DNA of 64,000 nucleotides from an uncultured Prevotella sp. (GTDB lineage Bacteria; Bacteroidota; Bacteroidia; Bacteroidales; Bacteroidaceae): NCBI GenBank assembly GCA_900540885.1, contig UQHJ01000001.1, positions 9,734 to 73,733 of the forward strand, read 5' to 3'. Shown piece by piece: positions 29,741 to 39,529 of this stretch (position 1 is its first letter; each line of letters starts with the position of its first letter). The notes under the pieces were generated by a model. It saw only the letters and a program-made list of their open reading frames with translations, ran no database searches and was not told where the DNA came from. The position numbers and the translations under genes were made by a program.

Positions 29741-30685
29741 CTAGTCGTCTAGATAGACCTCAAGCATGAAGTAACAGGGTGAGGAAGTCTCTTCAGCTTT
29801 CTTTCGGCATTCGGCGTCGCCGTGTTCTGTCCAAGTGACGCAGAACACGTTGAGTTTAGGATAAATGTTGGCTAACTTGGAAAGGGGCATATACTCCTTG
29901 TCGCGCTGGTTGCGAATAATGCAGGCATAATAGCCTGGCACATCATTGAAAGTGTGGAAAAGAGTGACATATTGCGAGGCATCGAGCTTAAGTTGCAGCG
30001 TGTTAATGAGGTACTTGTTGATGGTGACAGAGAGCAACTCTTGAACCTCTTTCCGCTGGTCGGACCAATGGGTGAGTTTTTGGAGTATTTTGATGTTGGT
30101 GTCGAACACGGTATGCGAATTTGCAAAGTTAATAGAGAGTGTGTTGCTGAGGCTCTTTCCCATGAGACCATGAAGGATGAATACTTTGAATCTCACTTCT
30201 TCTTTTCGTCCCTCTTTGTAGAGCCACCATTCCATGCCCTCGGCGGTGCGATACGAGGGATTACCTGTATCTTGACAACGCATGGACATGTAGCAACGTC
30301 CCGGGCCGCCAATAATAAACTCTTGTTCGTCTTTTTTGAAGAAGTGGGCCACGCGGCGCGATTTTATTTGACACCCATTGTTTAGTGGAGCTATGGAGCA
30401 GTAGGAATTCAAATTCTTGCTAGCGCTTTCGAACTGCGATTGGATGCGCTCTATTAGCTTGTCGATTTTGTTTTTATCGCTCTTGCTAGAATAAGGCATA
30501 CGGAATGTATATGCGCGTAAATAGCATAGGGAGTCGAGGTCGTCGTGTCCTTGAATCTCTTCCGTGTTGATGAGTTGGGCTTGTGGGGCAGAACTTAGCT
30601 CCTTGTACGTATTGTGGAAAAACTGTGCCCGAAGTTGCATGGCTGATGCGCATGCAAGGGCGAGGAGGATGAGAATGCGTTTCAT
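29741..30685 (-). CDS. secreted hypothetical protein (Cys-rich, 314 aa)
   Basis: Signal peptide MKRILILLALACASAMQLRAQ. No recognisable domain. Translationally coupled to the anti-sigma gene. Confidence 0.5.
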   Translation of the reverse strand: MKRILILLALACASAMQLRAQFFHNTYKELSSAPQAQLINTEEIQGHDDLDSLCYLRAYTFRMPYSSKSDKNKIDKLIERIQSQFESASKNLNSYCSIAPLNNGCQIKSRRVAHFFKKDEQEFIIGGPGRCYMSMRCQDTGNPSYRTAEGMEWWLYKEGRKEEVRFKVFILHGLMGKSLSNTLSINFANSHTVFDTNIKILQKLTHWSDQRKEVQELLSVTINKYLINTLQLKLDASQYVTLFHTFNDVPGYYACIIRNQRDKEYMPLSKLANIYPKLNVFCVTWTEHGDAECRKKAEETSSPCYFMLEVYLDD

Positions 30686-31251
30686 AATGTGTTGATGTCT
30701 TGATAAGTTAATGCATAGTTGATTGCGGTATCAATGAGTTGCAACTCAAATAGGGCGTTTTCTATTTGTTCTTGAATTTGTTGTCTTTCGTTGGAGGATA
30801 TGGAGTCAGTGCTGGCAGTCATTTCGAGCGGTAGCTCCTTGACTATGTTCACCTCATTGGCCTCTTTCGAGGAAGTTACTTTAATTACTGTCTGTTTGTG
30901 CTGGGGCGAGGGCGCCTTCTGCGGTAGTAGTTGCGGGGCTTCGGAAGTAGTCAAAGAAACCTTTTTAACTATTGCAGGGGAAAGTTTCCTCGGCACACTT
31001 AGATTCGTGACGGTAGTGGACTCTTGAGACATATTGTTTGCATAATGCCACGCAGCCCATGTACCACAGATCACGCATACCACGCAAGCCGCTGCATAAC
31101 GAACGATGGCAGGCCAGCACCGACGACGTTGGGCGTGACGACGTCTCGCGAGCAAGCAATCATATTCGCGTGCGCCAGGTGTAAGCTCTTTCAGCATCTG
31201 CTGGTATAACGCTTCGTCGTTGAGTAGATTTTTTTTATTTTTCATTGTCAA
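30682..31251 (-). CDS. membrane-anchored anti-sigma factor (short, single TM)
   Basis: Cytoplasmic N-terminus, TM segment WPAIVRYAAACVVCVICGTWAAW, Ser/Thr-rich periplasmic tail. Overlaps the ECF sigma stop. Confidence 0.6.
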   Translation of the reverse strand: MTMKNKKNLLNDEALYQQMLKELTPGAREYDCLLARRRHAQRRRCWPAIVRYAAACVVCVICGTWAAWHYANNMSQESTTVTNLSVPRKLSPAIVKKVSLTTSEAPQLLPQKAPSPQHKQTVIKVTSSKEANEVNIVKELPLEMTASTDSISSNERQQIQEQIENALFELQLIDTAINYALTYQDINTL

Positions 31252-31729
31252 TCAGTCTTTTAAGTTTGGCTTTTGCCATGGATATCATGCTCTTTACCGA
31301 TGGCTTGGGCAGATGTGCTTCGGCTGCAATCTCGTCCACGCTCTTATCGTCAATGTGGCGTGCTTTGAAAAGCGACTGTTCGCGAGGCGAGAGCTGGCGC
31401 ATGGCATGGTCGAAACGTTGCATCGCCTCTTGGCCCAGAAGTGGAGCATCGGCTTCAGTGGTGCATGGTGCGAGCGATTCTTCCAAGGGGGAGGTGGGCA
31501 GTTGCTCAAGTCTGTGATAGCGCTGCACGCAGATATTCTTGGCCACCATGACGGCCAGAGCTTCTAGGTTGCGCTGAGCATCGAGCTTTTCGCAGTAAGT
31601 CCACAATCGAATCAGACTATCCTGTGCCACATCCTCGGCATCTTCGGCATTGCCAAAGAAGTCGCGTCCCACTCTGACCATGAGTGGGCGCAGGTGGGGA
31701 ATTATATGTTCAAACTCTGCGTGTGTCAT
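31235..31729 (-). CDS. ECF-subfamily RNA polymerase sigma-70 factor
   Basis: Region 2 (…AEDVAQDSLIRLW…) and region 4 (…VDEIAAEAHLPKPSVKSMISMAKAKLKRLI). Confidence 0.85.
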   Translation of the reverse strand: MTHAEFEHIIPHLRPLMVRVGRDFFGNAEDAEDVAQDSLIRLWTYCEKLDAQRNLEALAVMVAKNICVQRYHRLEQLPTSPLEESLAPCTTEADAPLLGQEAMQRFDHAMRQLSPREQSLFKARHIDDKSVDEIAAEAHLPKPSVKSMISMAKAKLKRLIDNEK

Positions 31730-31836
31730 ATCTACCTAATATACTGCTCGGTAGGGAAAAAGTTAAGTGTGAGGACGCGATTTTTTTTGCTTCCTTGTTA
31801 AATCCGAAACTTCAGTAATCTCTCTCAGATGTATGC

Positions 31837-31912
31837 AAACTGCAATTGGGCCTCAATTCCTGGTCCTCTTTCCTTGAAAAGAGGGGTTAGGGATTGAGGC
31901 CCAATTACTGTT
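31837..31912. repeat. 76-bp foldback of the AAACTGCAAT-terminus family upstream of the ECF sigma gene
   Basis: caaactgcaattgggcctcaattcc-[cctctttccttgaaaagagg]-ggattgaggcccaattactgttt. Confidence 0.6.
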
Positions 31913-32031
31913 TCTATTTGATATAGAAGCAATTTTACTCACACATTTTGTTATAGAAATGTTCAAAAAAATAACTTCTGCAATTTTCAGTCCGTCCTCT
32001 CTCAAAAAATGCAGAAGTTATTTTTTTACAC

Positions 32032-33450
32032 TTACTTAGTCGTTTTTTTGTTCCTTGTGGCAGTTTTGCGTGTTGTAGCTCGTTTTGAATCTACTTTTTT
32101 GGTTGGTTGCTCGTCTTCAAGAGGTATGACTTCAGCTTCAGGAGCTTCCTCTTTTTCGTAACGTGCCAACATGTTTTGCAACTTTGAGATTTCTTTGTTC
32201 TTGATTTCGAGTTCGTCGCCTTGGTTCTTAATGGTGGTAAGCAAAGAGTTGAGTTCCTCGTTGTCAATGTCGAGCGGATAGCGATCGTTTACGCGTGTGA
32301 TGAAGTCGCCAAGAATGTTCATGTAGTTGGTGAATGCATCGTAGGGAGAGTCATAAATGCCTCGATAGCCACCATAGCTGTTGGCCTTTGTACTCATGAA
32401 GCGTAAGTTGTTAGACGCTTGAAGGTAATCAAAGTCTTGCATCAAACGACGGTCACGACAGATGCGTACGCGGTCGGCAATAGAGTAGAGTTTGTTAAAG
32501 GCTTCGCGTTGCATAACGTTGCCCAGCCATGGTGAGAGGTCGCGCTCTTCGTCTACCCATGAAGTGGGGTAGGTAACAGTAAGATCGCCTGCGGACTTTA
32601 CACGGCCACAAATTTCTGAGGGAGTGCTGAAAGTGATACCGCGCTTCTTGAATTGTGCGGGTAGCGCCTTCATAAAGTCCAGAATGTTTGATGACAGCGG
32701 TTGGAAAATGCCTAAGGCGCAAAGTTCCATAAAGATGTTTACTACTTGTTCTTCCTCTGGCAGTTGGGCAATCCAATCAGCGTAGGTGTCGGCAAAGAGA
32801 GGATATTCGCTCCATGAAGAGTCGTTGAAACGGAATGAAATGTCCTCAGATAGAGAGTAGTCGCGAAGCAGAAGTTTAAGGCGTGGGTCGCGGCAGCAGT
32901 TGTAAACGAAGTGCGGACTCTTCCAACCTAATACGTGCTTAGCACCTTCGGCCAACATACCCTTAAATCCCATTGAAGCTACGAGTTCGCCAATGTCGTC
33001 AGAGTAGATAAGACATGAGTTACGGAATATCTTAGGTTCTTGGCCAAAGAGTGACTTTACTTTTTGACAAAGACGGGTCACTTCGTCACGGAAGGTTTCT
33101 TCGTTGATGAGTGAAGAGAAACCATGTGAGTAGGGTTCAGCAAGAAATTCAACACAGCCTGTATCGTTTAACTCTTGTAGAAGTTCAATACATTGTGGTG
33201 CGTGGTTCTCCAACTGTTCAATGGCACAACCTGAGAGCGAAATGGCGCATTTAAATTCACCTGGATTGGCATGAGCCATTTCGATGAGTGCTTGCAGTGC
33301 AGGTACGTATGAGCGTTCGGCCGTTTCGGTTATAGAACGGGCATTCTCGTAGTCATCGTAATAATAGTGGTCAGTGCCGATGTCGAAAAAGCGGTAGCGC
33401 TTTAGGTGGATATTTTGATGTATCTCGAAATATAGACAAACTGTTTTCAT
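32032..33450 (-). CDS. glycoside hydrolase family 57 protein (alpha-amylase/branching-type)
   Basis: 472 aa. N-terminal MKTVCLYFEIHQN…RYRFFDIG typical GH57. Basic C-terminal tail. Confidence 0.75.
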   Translation of the reverse strand: MKTVCLYFEIHQNIHLKRYRFFDIGTDHYYYDDYENARSITETAERSYVPALQALIEMAHANPGEFKCAISLSGCAIEQLENHAPQCIELLQELNDTGCVEFLAEPYSHGFSSLINEETFRDEVTRLCQKVKSLFGQEPKIFRNSCLIYSDDIGELVASMGFKGMLAEGAKHVLGWKSPHFVYNCCRDPRLKLLLRDYSLSEDISFRFNDSSWSEYPLFADTYADWIAQLPEEEQVVNIFMELCALGIFQPLSSNILDFMKALPAQFKKRGITFSTPSEICGRVKSAGDLTVTYPTSWVDEERDLSPWLGNVMQREAFNKLYSIADRVRICRDRRLMQDFDYLQASNNLRFMSTKANSYGGYRGIYDSPYDAFTNYMNILGDFITRVNDRYPLDIDNEELNSLLTTIKNQGDELEIKNKEISKLQNMLARYEKEEAPEAEVIPLEDEQPTKKVDSKRATTRKTATRNKKTTK

Positions 33451-33482
33451 GATGCGTATTTTAAGAATGGTGTGGTATGGGG

Positions 33483-34754
33483 TTAGATGAGCTGGTTATA
33501 AACGTCGTAGATGCGTTTTCCTACTTTCTCCCATGTGATTTGGTCAACTTCTTTCTTTCCTTCTTCTTTCAAATATTGGTGGAGCGATTCGTTGGTGCAG
33601 ATAGAGTACATAGCGTCAGCCATAGCATTAATGTCCCAATAATCGGTCTTAATGCACTTATCAAGTATCTCGGCACAACCGCTTTGTTTTGAGATGATAG
33701 AAGGAACTCCGCATTGCATGGCTTCAAGTGGTGAAATACCGAATGGCTCACTAACAGAAGGCATTACGTAAACGTCGGAGTCAGCGAAGGCTTCATAAAC
33801 TTGCTGTCCGCGCATAAAGCCTGGAAAGTGGAATCGGTCGGCTATGCCGCGTGCTGCAACCATGTTGATCATGTCGTTCATCATATCGCCCGAACCAGCC
33901 ATGCAGAAGCGTATGTTGTGTGTACGTTGCAACACGAGTGAAGCTGCTTCAACAAAGTATTCAGGCCCCTTCTGCATCGTTATGCGGCCAAGGAATGTTA
34001 CAACTTTTTCCTTGCGATGTTCATGCTCTTTGCGTCGTTCTTCAACCATGTTGAGAATGTCTTGCGACAAGGGGTAAACGGCATTGTGCATGGTAATGAC
34101 CTTGGCGGGATCTTGGTGATAGTGGTTGATAACGGTCTGTCGTGTAAGTTCAGACACACACATGATGCAGTCGGCATGATCCATACCATCCTTCTCAATA
34201 CCATAAACGGTGGGGTTGACATGGCCGCGTGAGCGGTCGAAGTCAGTAGCGTGTACGTGAATTACAAGCGGTTTGCCACTAACGCTTTTGGCATGTATGC
34301 CAGCAGGGTAGGTGAGCCAGTCATGAGCATGAATGATATCGTATTCTTGCTGCCGAGCAATGACACCTGCTACGATAGAGTAGTTATTAATTTCGTCTTG
34401 TAAGTTGTCAGGATACCGTCCCGAAAATTCGATGCAACCGAGTTCATCAGTCAAGCGATAGTTAAAGTCGGCATAAATATTGTCGCGTAAAGCGTAGTAA
34501 AGCTCTGGCGACATTTTATTTCCTAAGCGTTGCTTTACATAGTCGTAGTCAACATCACGCCACACGATAGGTGTTTCGCTCATGCCGATGATGTTCATAA
34601 AACTTTTGTCTTCATCGCCCCATGGCTTGGGTAGGCAAAAGGTTATATGTACATCAGGTTGTACGGATAAGCCTTTGGTGATGCCGTAGCTGGCTGTTCC
34701 TAAACCGCCGAGGATATGTGGGGGAAATTCCCAGCCAAACATGAGAACTTTCAT
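33483..34754 (-). CDS. glycosyltransferase family 4 (glycogen-synthase-like)
   Basis: MKVLMFGWEFPPHILGGLGTASY GT4 N-terminus. C-terminal EPFGISPLEAM motif. Start chosen at MKVLMF; the ORF-track start at 34808 is an extension. Confidence 0.8.
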   Translation of the reverse strand: MKVLMFGWEFPPHILGGLGTASYGITKGLSVQPDVHITFCLPKPWGDEDKSFMNIIGMSETPIVWRDVDYDYVKQRLGNKMSPELYYALRDNIYADFNYRLTDELGCIEFSGRYPDNLQDEINNYSIVAGVIARQQEYDIIHAHDWLTYPAGIHAKSVSGKPLVIHVHATDFDRSRGHVNPTVYGIEKDGMDHADCIMCVSELTRQTVINHYHQDPAKVITMHNAVYPLSQDILNMVEERRKEHEHRKEKVVTFLGRITMQKGPEYFVEAASLVLQRTHNIRFCMAGSGDMMNDMINMVAARGIADRFHFPGFMRGQQVYEAFADSDVYVMPSVSEPFGISPLEAMQCGVPSIISKQSGCAEILDKCIKTDYWDINAMADAMYSICTNESLHQYLKEEGKKEVDQITWEKVGKRIYDVYNQLI

Positions 34755-34841
34755 AGCTGTTTGATTAGTTGTTTTGTAAGGAGTAATGGTAGCGTGTAAA
34801 TAGCACACGCTTCATCTAAAGCGTGAACTCGCTTACTCCTT

Positions 34842-36800
34842 TTATTCCATGGCATTATTGTATTTTTCAAGTAGTCGGAGGGCACGTAAAATGCCACTGA
34901 CATTCATTGCGAACGAGATAGCACCACGACCGTGGAACGGAGGATTACCGTCAAACAATTCAGGTATAGTACCAATGCAATGATAGAAGAGTTCCTCTTC
35001 AAATCCGATGAGCTTACGCTCAATGTAGTTGACACCACTCATGCGATATACGCGGAGGTAAGCTTCAAGATAGAAACCTGTAAGCCAAGGCCATGCGGTA
35101 CCTTGGTGATAGGCTAAGTCGCGTTGAGTCTGTGGTCCCGTGTACATAGGGTCGTATCCGCCACTTTGTGGGGAGAGAGAGCGTATTCCCTTAGGCGTAA
35201 CAAGTTCTTTTGTACAGATGTCGAGCACAGATTTGCGCTCCTTCATGTCGAGGGGCGAATAGTCGAAAGCTATGGCAAAGAGTTGGTTGGGGCGAACGCT
35301 CCAATCCATCATTTGTCCGTCAACGTAGTCAAGCAGATAGCCATATTCGTTTAGGAATACTTCTTTAAATGATTTGGCTACCTTTTCTGCAGTCTTTGCT
35401 ACTTCAAACTTTAGGCCTTGGTATTCTTCGCTGCCATTCTCGTCAATAAGTTGTTCAAAGAATTTGAGCGCATTATACCAAAGTGCATTAAATTCAACAA
35501 TGTAGCCAGAGCGTGGTACAATAGGACGGCCGCCCGACTGAGAGTTCATCCACGTAATGGCTTTATCGCGTCCGTTAGCGTAAAGCAATCCGTTGTCGTG
35601 AATAAAGAGGTTGGGGTGTCCACCATTCCAAATATAGTCCATTATATCCTTGAAAAGTTTGCCGTACTTTTCATAGCATATTTTTCTTGAAGTATATTTG
35701 GCATATTGTTGTATCGTCCAAGTGGCCCACAGCAGTGTGTCGGGTTGTTCCATTTCATAAATGTCAACCGACATGGGTTCTTTGTTAATAAAGTTTTGAA
35801 TGCCTTTGGCTGCGGTTGCCATGTATTCTTCAAAACGTTCTTTTTCGCCAATAGCGAGTGTGAGTCCTGGTAAAGAAATAAAGGTGTCGCGTGCGCGGGG
35901 CTTGAACCAAGGATAACCAGCTAATATATAGGACTCATTATCTTTGTTAACTCTAAATTGGTGTGCAGCGTTAACTAAGCAATGATAGAAGCTATCACGA
36001 TGGTCGATTTGACTAATTTCCTTTTCCATTAAAGCATTGATCTCCTTTGCTTCGATGGGGGCTATACCTGCGCTGAATACGATGCTTTCGCCTTTCTTGA
36101 TAGGCATCTCAAAATATCCAGGAACGAGCAAGTCTTCTGTGGCATTGTAGCCACGTTCACGTTCTTTGGGGTAGTCCATGCCTCTATACCAATCAGGGCA
36201 ATAGTGCCAATCATTGACTTTTGACGTCTGCATGTACAAGTCGGGATAGCCTTGGTAAAGGCACATACGAATACCATTTTCAACTTCGTCGTAACTCTTG
36301 TTGGCAACGTTGTTCTCGTGTGTCCACTGACGCACGCTTCGGAATGCTAAGAAGGGACGAAGTCTTAGTGTCGTTTCGGAATGAGCATCTAATAAAGTGT
36401 AGCGCACGTAGATGCGGTGAATGGAAGTGTCGAAACTGAGTTCTTTGCGTAATAGAACACCGCCTACACGATAGGTCCATGTGGGGACTTGCTCCCATTC
36501 AAAACTAACAATGTATTTATGTCCTTTAGGACTATAGTTCTCGCCTTGATATTTATGCAGTCCTAAATTAAACTCAGCACCGTGTTGAATAATGGTCTCG
36601 TCAAGTGAAGAGAGTAACACGTGGTTCTCATCGTCTAATTCTGGCACGGGAATAACTAACAACCCGTCATATTTTCTAATATTGCATCCTACCAAGGTTG
36701 TAGAACAATAAGCGCCCGTTCTGTTGGTAATAAGCATCTCTTTATACAGAGAGTCTTGCAGATTGGTCATTTGCGCTTTATCGAATCTTAGATAGCACAT
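34842..36800 (-). CDS. glycogen debranching enzyme (amylo-alpha-1,6-glucosidase, GDE_N + GDE_C)
   Basis: MCYLRFDKAQ… start matches Bacteroides GDE N-termini (MSYLKFDK…). (alpha/alpha)6 C-terminal domain. Completes the GH57-GT4-GDE glycogen cluster. Confidence 0.8.
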   Translation of the reverse strand: MCYLRFDKAQMTNLQDSLYKEMLITNRTGAYCSTTLVGCNIRKYDGLLVIPVPELDDENHVLLSSLDETIIQHGAEFNLGLHKYQGENYSPKGHKYIVSFEWEQVPTWTYRVGGVLLRKELSFDTSIHRIYVRYTLLDAHSETTLRLRPFLAFRSVRQWTHENNVANKSYDEVENGIRMCLYQGYPDLYMQTSKVNDWHYCPDWYRGMDYPKERERGYNATEDLLVPGYFEMPIKKGESIVFSAGIAPIEAKEINALMEKEISQIDHRDSFYHCLVNAAHQFRVNKDNESYILAGYPWFKPRARDTFISLPGLTLAIGEKERFEEYMATAAKGIQNFINKEPMSVDIYEMEQPDTLLWATWTIQQYAKYTSRKICYEKYGKLFKDIMDYIWNGGHPNLFIHDNGLLYANGRDKAITWMNSQSGGRPIVPRSGYIVEFNALWYNALKFFEQLIDENGSEEYQGLKFEVAKTAEKVAKSFKEVFLNEYGYLLDYVDGQMMDWSVRPNQLFAIAFDYSPLDMKERKSVLDICTKELVTPKGIRSLSPQSGGYDPMYTGPQTQRDLAYHQGTAWPWLTGFYLEAYLRVYRMSGVNYIERKLIGFEEELFYHCIGTIPELFDGNPPFHGRGAISFAMNVSGILRALRLLEKYNNAME

Positions 36801-37270
36801 GGCGTTTATGATGATTTTAAGGTTTGTTTTATGTCGTATTTGTAAGGTGTATTTTGCAATGATATGTAAATGTTGGTTTCCCAATTGTAAAATACGGCCT
36901 ACAATCGGCTTAGTTGAATTGTAGCTGTCGTTCTTCTAAAACGGCACTCAAAAGTAGAAAAAAAAGTAGAGATAAGAAGAGTTTTTCTTAAAAAAATAGA
37001 TTTCTTCACGTTTTTGTAACACAAGATAGCAAAAATGGATGAAAAGTTTGGCAGTTTTTAATGTATTGCCTACCTTTGCTTTATATGGGACTTTCAAAAA
37101 CGAAGTGTTTAATCAATTTATCACGCGTTTTTGTTGCCTTATGCTAAACTTAAAGCTTAATCTATTTACTATTTAAAAAGGAACCCATCTGAGTGTGCCT
37201 TGAGGTGCGCAAGCCTAAGGGTGCAATAAGATGAGCGCAATTTTACATTAGCCTAAAATTATTAGGTACC

Positions 37271-37975
37271 ATGACAAGATTAGAAAAATTTGATAAAAGT
37301 AAGACGGCTCGTTCTTTGACTGAGATTTGGGAGTTGCTGAATGAAGATGAGCGACAGTATCTTTGTGAAAATATTCGGGTAGAGCGTTTTAAGAAAAATG
37401 AGATAATATATAAGGAAGGCGATCAGCCCGACAATTTGTTGTGCCTTCTTTCGGGAAAGGTAAAGATATATCGTGAGGGCTTAGGTGGTCGTTCTTTGAC
37501 TAACCGCGTGCTGCGTCCTGTACAATATTTTGGCTATCGTGCTTCAATGGCTGGTGAAACGTATGTGACGAGTGCTTCAGCTTTTGAAGAGAGCGTGATA
37601 GTAATCGTGTCAATGCGTGTCATGTTTCGTCTGATGGAGCGTAACGTGCGGTTATGTCATTTCTTTATGCACGCTTTGGCGGTCGACTTAGGCAAGGCAG
37701 ATCAGCGCATTGTTAGTATAACTCAGAAGCACATACGCGGACGTTTAGCTGAGACGCTGCTCGATTTGCTTGACGTCTATGGATATGGTAACGACGGAGA
37801 GACCTTAGACTTGCACATTACGCGTGAAGACATGGCCAATCTGTCGAATATGACAACGAGCAATGCTATTCGAACGCTCTCAACCTTTGCCTCAGAAGGA
37901 CTCGTCGAAGTGCATGGTCGTTATATTAAACTCTTAGATGTTGCTGCCTTGCAACAAATTTCAGACAACGGATAA
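37271..37975 (+). CDS. Crp/Fnr-family transcriptional regulator
   Basis: cNMP-binding domain (FKKNEIIYKEGDQPDNLLCLLSGKVKIY). C-terminal HTH (REDMANLSNMTTSNAIRTLSTF). Confidence 0.85.
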   Translation: MTRLEKFDKSKTARSLTEIWELLNEDERQYLCENIRVERFKKNEIIYKEGDQPDNLLCLLSGKVKIYREGLGGRSLTNRVLRPVQYFGYRASMAGETYVTSASAFEESVIVIVSMRVMFRLMERNVRLCHFFMHALAVDLGKADQRIVSITQKHIRGRLAETLLDLLDVYGYGNDGETLDLHITREDMANLSNMTTSNAIRTLSTFASEGLVEVHGRYIKLLDVAALQQISDNG

Positions 37976-38005
37976 GCAAGTTTCTTGTTTGGTCTTAAAA
38001 GCTGA

Positions 38006-38052
38006 TCAGCTAACTACACATATTTAATAGTGTGTAGTTAGCTGATTTTTTG
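38006..38052 (+). terminator. rho-independent terminator after the Crp/Fnr gene
   Basis: tcagctaactacaca…tgtgtagttagctga 15-bp stem plus T6. Confidence 0.7.
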
Positions 38053-38139
38053 TTGTTGAATGAGTCTATCCTCTTTAGTAAAAAAGGGGGGATCATCTGT
38101 TATGTGATTTTCTGCCGACCTTGCATGCTCCTGCAATAA

Positions 38140-38224
38140 TTAACCATATATTACTCACGTTTAAAAATTGCAGTTTGAAATCCTCACAAAATGTTTCAGA
38201 ACGCCCTAAATAGGCATTGAGCTG
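38140..38224 (+). repeat. 85-bp direct repeat, copy A (TTAACCATATATTACTCACGTTTAAAAATTGCAGTTTGAAATCCTC…)
   Basis: About 94% identical to 39413-39497. The two copies bracket a ~1.2-kb segment containing the toxin-antitoxin remnant. Confidence 0.75.
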
Positions 38225-38783
38225 TAAGCAGTCAATTTAGGGCATACCCCAAAGAGTAGGCACTTTTTAGTGCCGACCTTTATTGACTTTGTTAAAAAAT
38301 CGATTGTAAATTCACATTGTGGACTACTCCAGTCCGATACAAGAGGGTAGGAGTGAAGGATAATCTCTGCAACTCTCAAAGATTTTTTGAAAAACTTATA
38401 AAGGGTGTTCCAAACTGAACTGCCATGAAGCTTCACCGTACTAATGATACTATAGTTTCCATTTGAGCACCTAAATCACTTCCCAAATGAAATGAGTTGT
38501 TGCGTGCTGTGGGTAAGCACTTTATTGCTCAAGAAAAATGACTGAAGGGATTGACCATGAGGTAAAGCCTCTGTTTGGTACTTGAAATAAAAGCGTTCTT
38601 AATCTTCGTTGCTGTACATATTTTAAAGATTTTTGTTCAGCGCATAGATATAAACTTTAGAGGTAAGCCCTAATTTGACTGCTTACATAATGTAATAATA
38701 CGGATTTTGAATACCCAACCCACTAAGGCGCAGAGCATATCTCGTAAAATGGGTTCGTTATCGCTTCTTTCTCTTTCCAAACA

Positions 38784-39045
38784 ATTATGAATGCGACCCA
38801 AGACGAACTAGTTTTATAATGTTTTCTTCTTTATCGTACCAAATAAGAAGATAATCATCTTCAACGTGACATTCCATATAGTCCTTCCACTCACCCTTCA
38901 ATTGATGAGGTTAAAACTCTGATGGAATATCTTCTCCCTTTGCAAGTTTTTCTACAATTGAGAATAGTAACTTAACCTTATTAAGGTCTTTACTAAAACG
39001 CTTGTAGTCTTTCTTGAATTGGGAAGTTTTACGAACTTCCTTCAT
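38784..39045 (-). pseudogene. YafQ/RelE-family type II toxin with internal TAA stop
   Basis: MKEVRKTSQFKKDYKRFSKDLNKVKLLFSIVEKLAKGEDIPSEF*PHQLKGEWKDYMECHVEDDYLLIWYDKEENIIKLVRLGSHS aligns with YafQ (…KDHPLQGSWKGYRDAHVEPDWILIY…RTGTHA). In-frame TAA at 38911-38913. Confidence 0.6.
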
Positions 39046-39047
39046 AC

Positions 39048-39287
39048 TCAGTTCATTGAAGACATGAAACGTTCTAAACTATCCATGCAAACAACCCCCG
39101 CATCGTTGCCCTCTTTAGCTTCTTTCATAGCAGCTATGGTTACATCATTCGGCTGTTCTGAATCTATGTTTTCATCAGATGCTGCATTGTTTACATTTAA
39201 TATCTTAACTCCATGAATTGCCTTTAACACAGCTTTCAAATGTATTAGGATAGAAGGGCTATCTATTTCTAATGTCAATGTTGTCAT
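39048..39287 (-). CDS. DinJ/RelB-like antitoxin (C-terminal half DinJ-like)
   Basis: …PNDVTIAAMKEAKEGNDAGVVCMDSLERFMSSMN resembles the DinJ C-terminus (PNQLTIQSIKNSEAGIDVHKAKDADDLFDKL). Stop 2 nt before the toxin ATG. Confidence 0.5.
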   Translation of the reverse strand: MTTLTLEIDSPSILIHLKAVLKAIHGVKILNVNNAASDENIDSEQPNDVTIAAMKEAKEGNDAGVVCMDSLERFMSSMN

Positions 39288-39367
39288 AATATAAGCATTT
39301 TTATTTTATGCAAAGATAGAGTATATCTTCCATCTTAACAAGAATTTTGACACTGATTTTCAAATAC

Positions 39368-39412
39368 TCAAGTTTCGGATTTAGCAAGGGCGGGCTGAAT
39401 CCGAAACTTCAG
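39368..39412. repeat. REP-like hairpin, loop-inverted copy of 26655-26699
   Basis: tcaagtttcggatt-[tagcaagggcgggctg]-aatccgaaacttcag. Confidence 0.7.
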
Positions 39413-39497
39413 TTAACCATATATTACTCACGTTTAAAAATTGCAGTTTGAAATCCTCTACGAAATGTTTCAGAATGTCCTAAATAGGCATTGGGCT
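39413..39497 (+). repeat. 85-bp direct repeat, copy B
   Basis: See copy A at 38140-38224. Confidence 0.75.
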
Positions 39498-39529
39498 TAC
39501 GTATATTTTACCTACGATGTTTTTTGCTT

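Noticed and set aside
29954-30385. 143-aa ORF antisense to the secreted protein gene 29741-30685
   Set aside because: Fully embedded antisense to a gene that has a signal peptide and operon context. No independent support.
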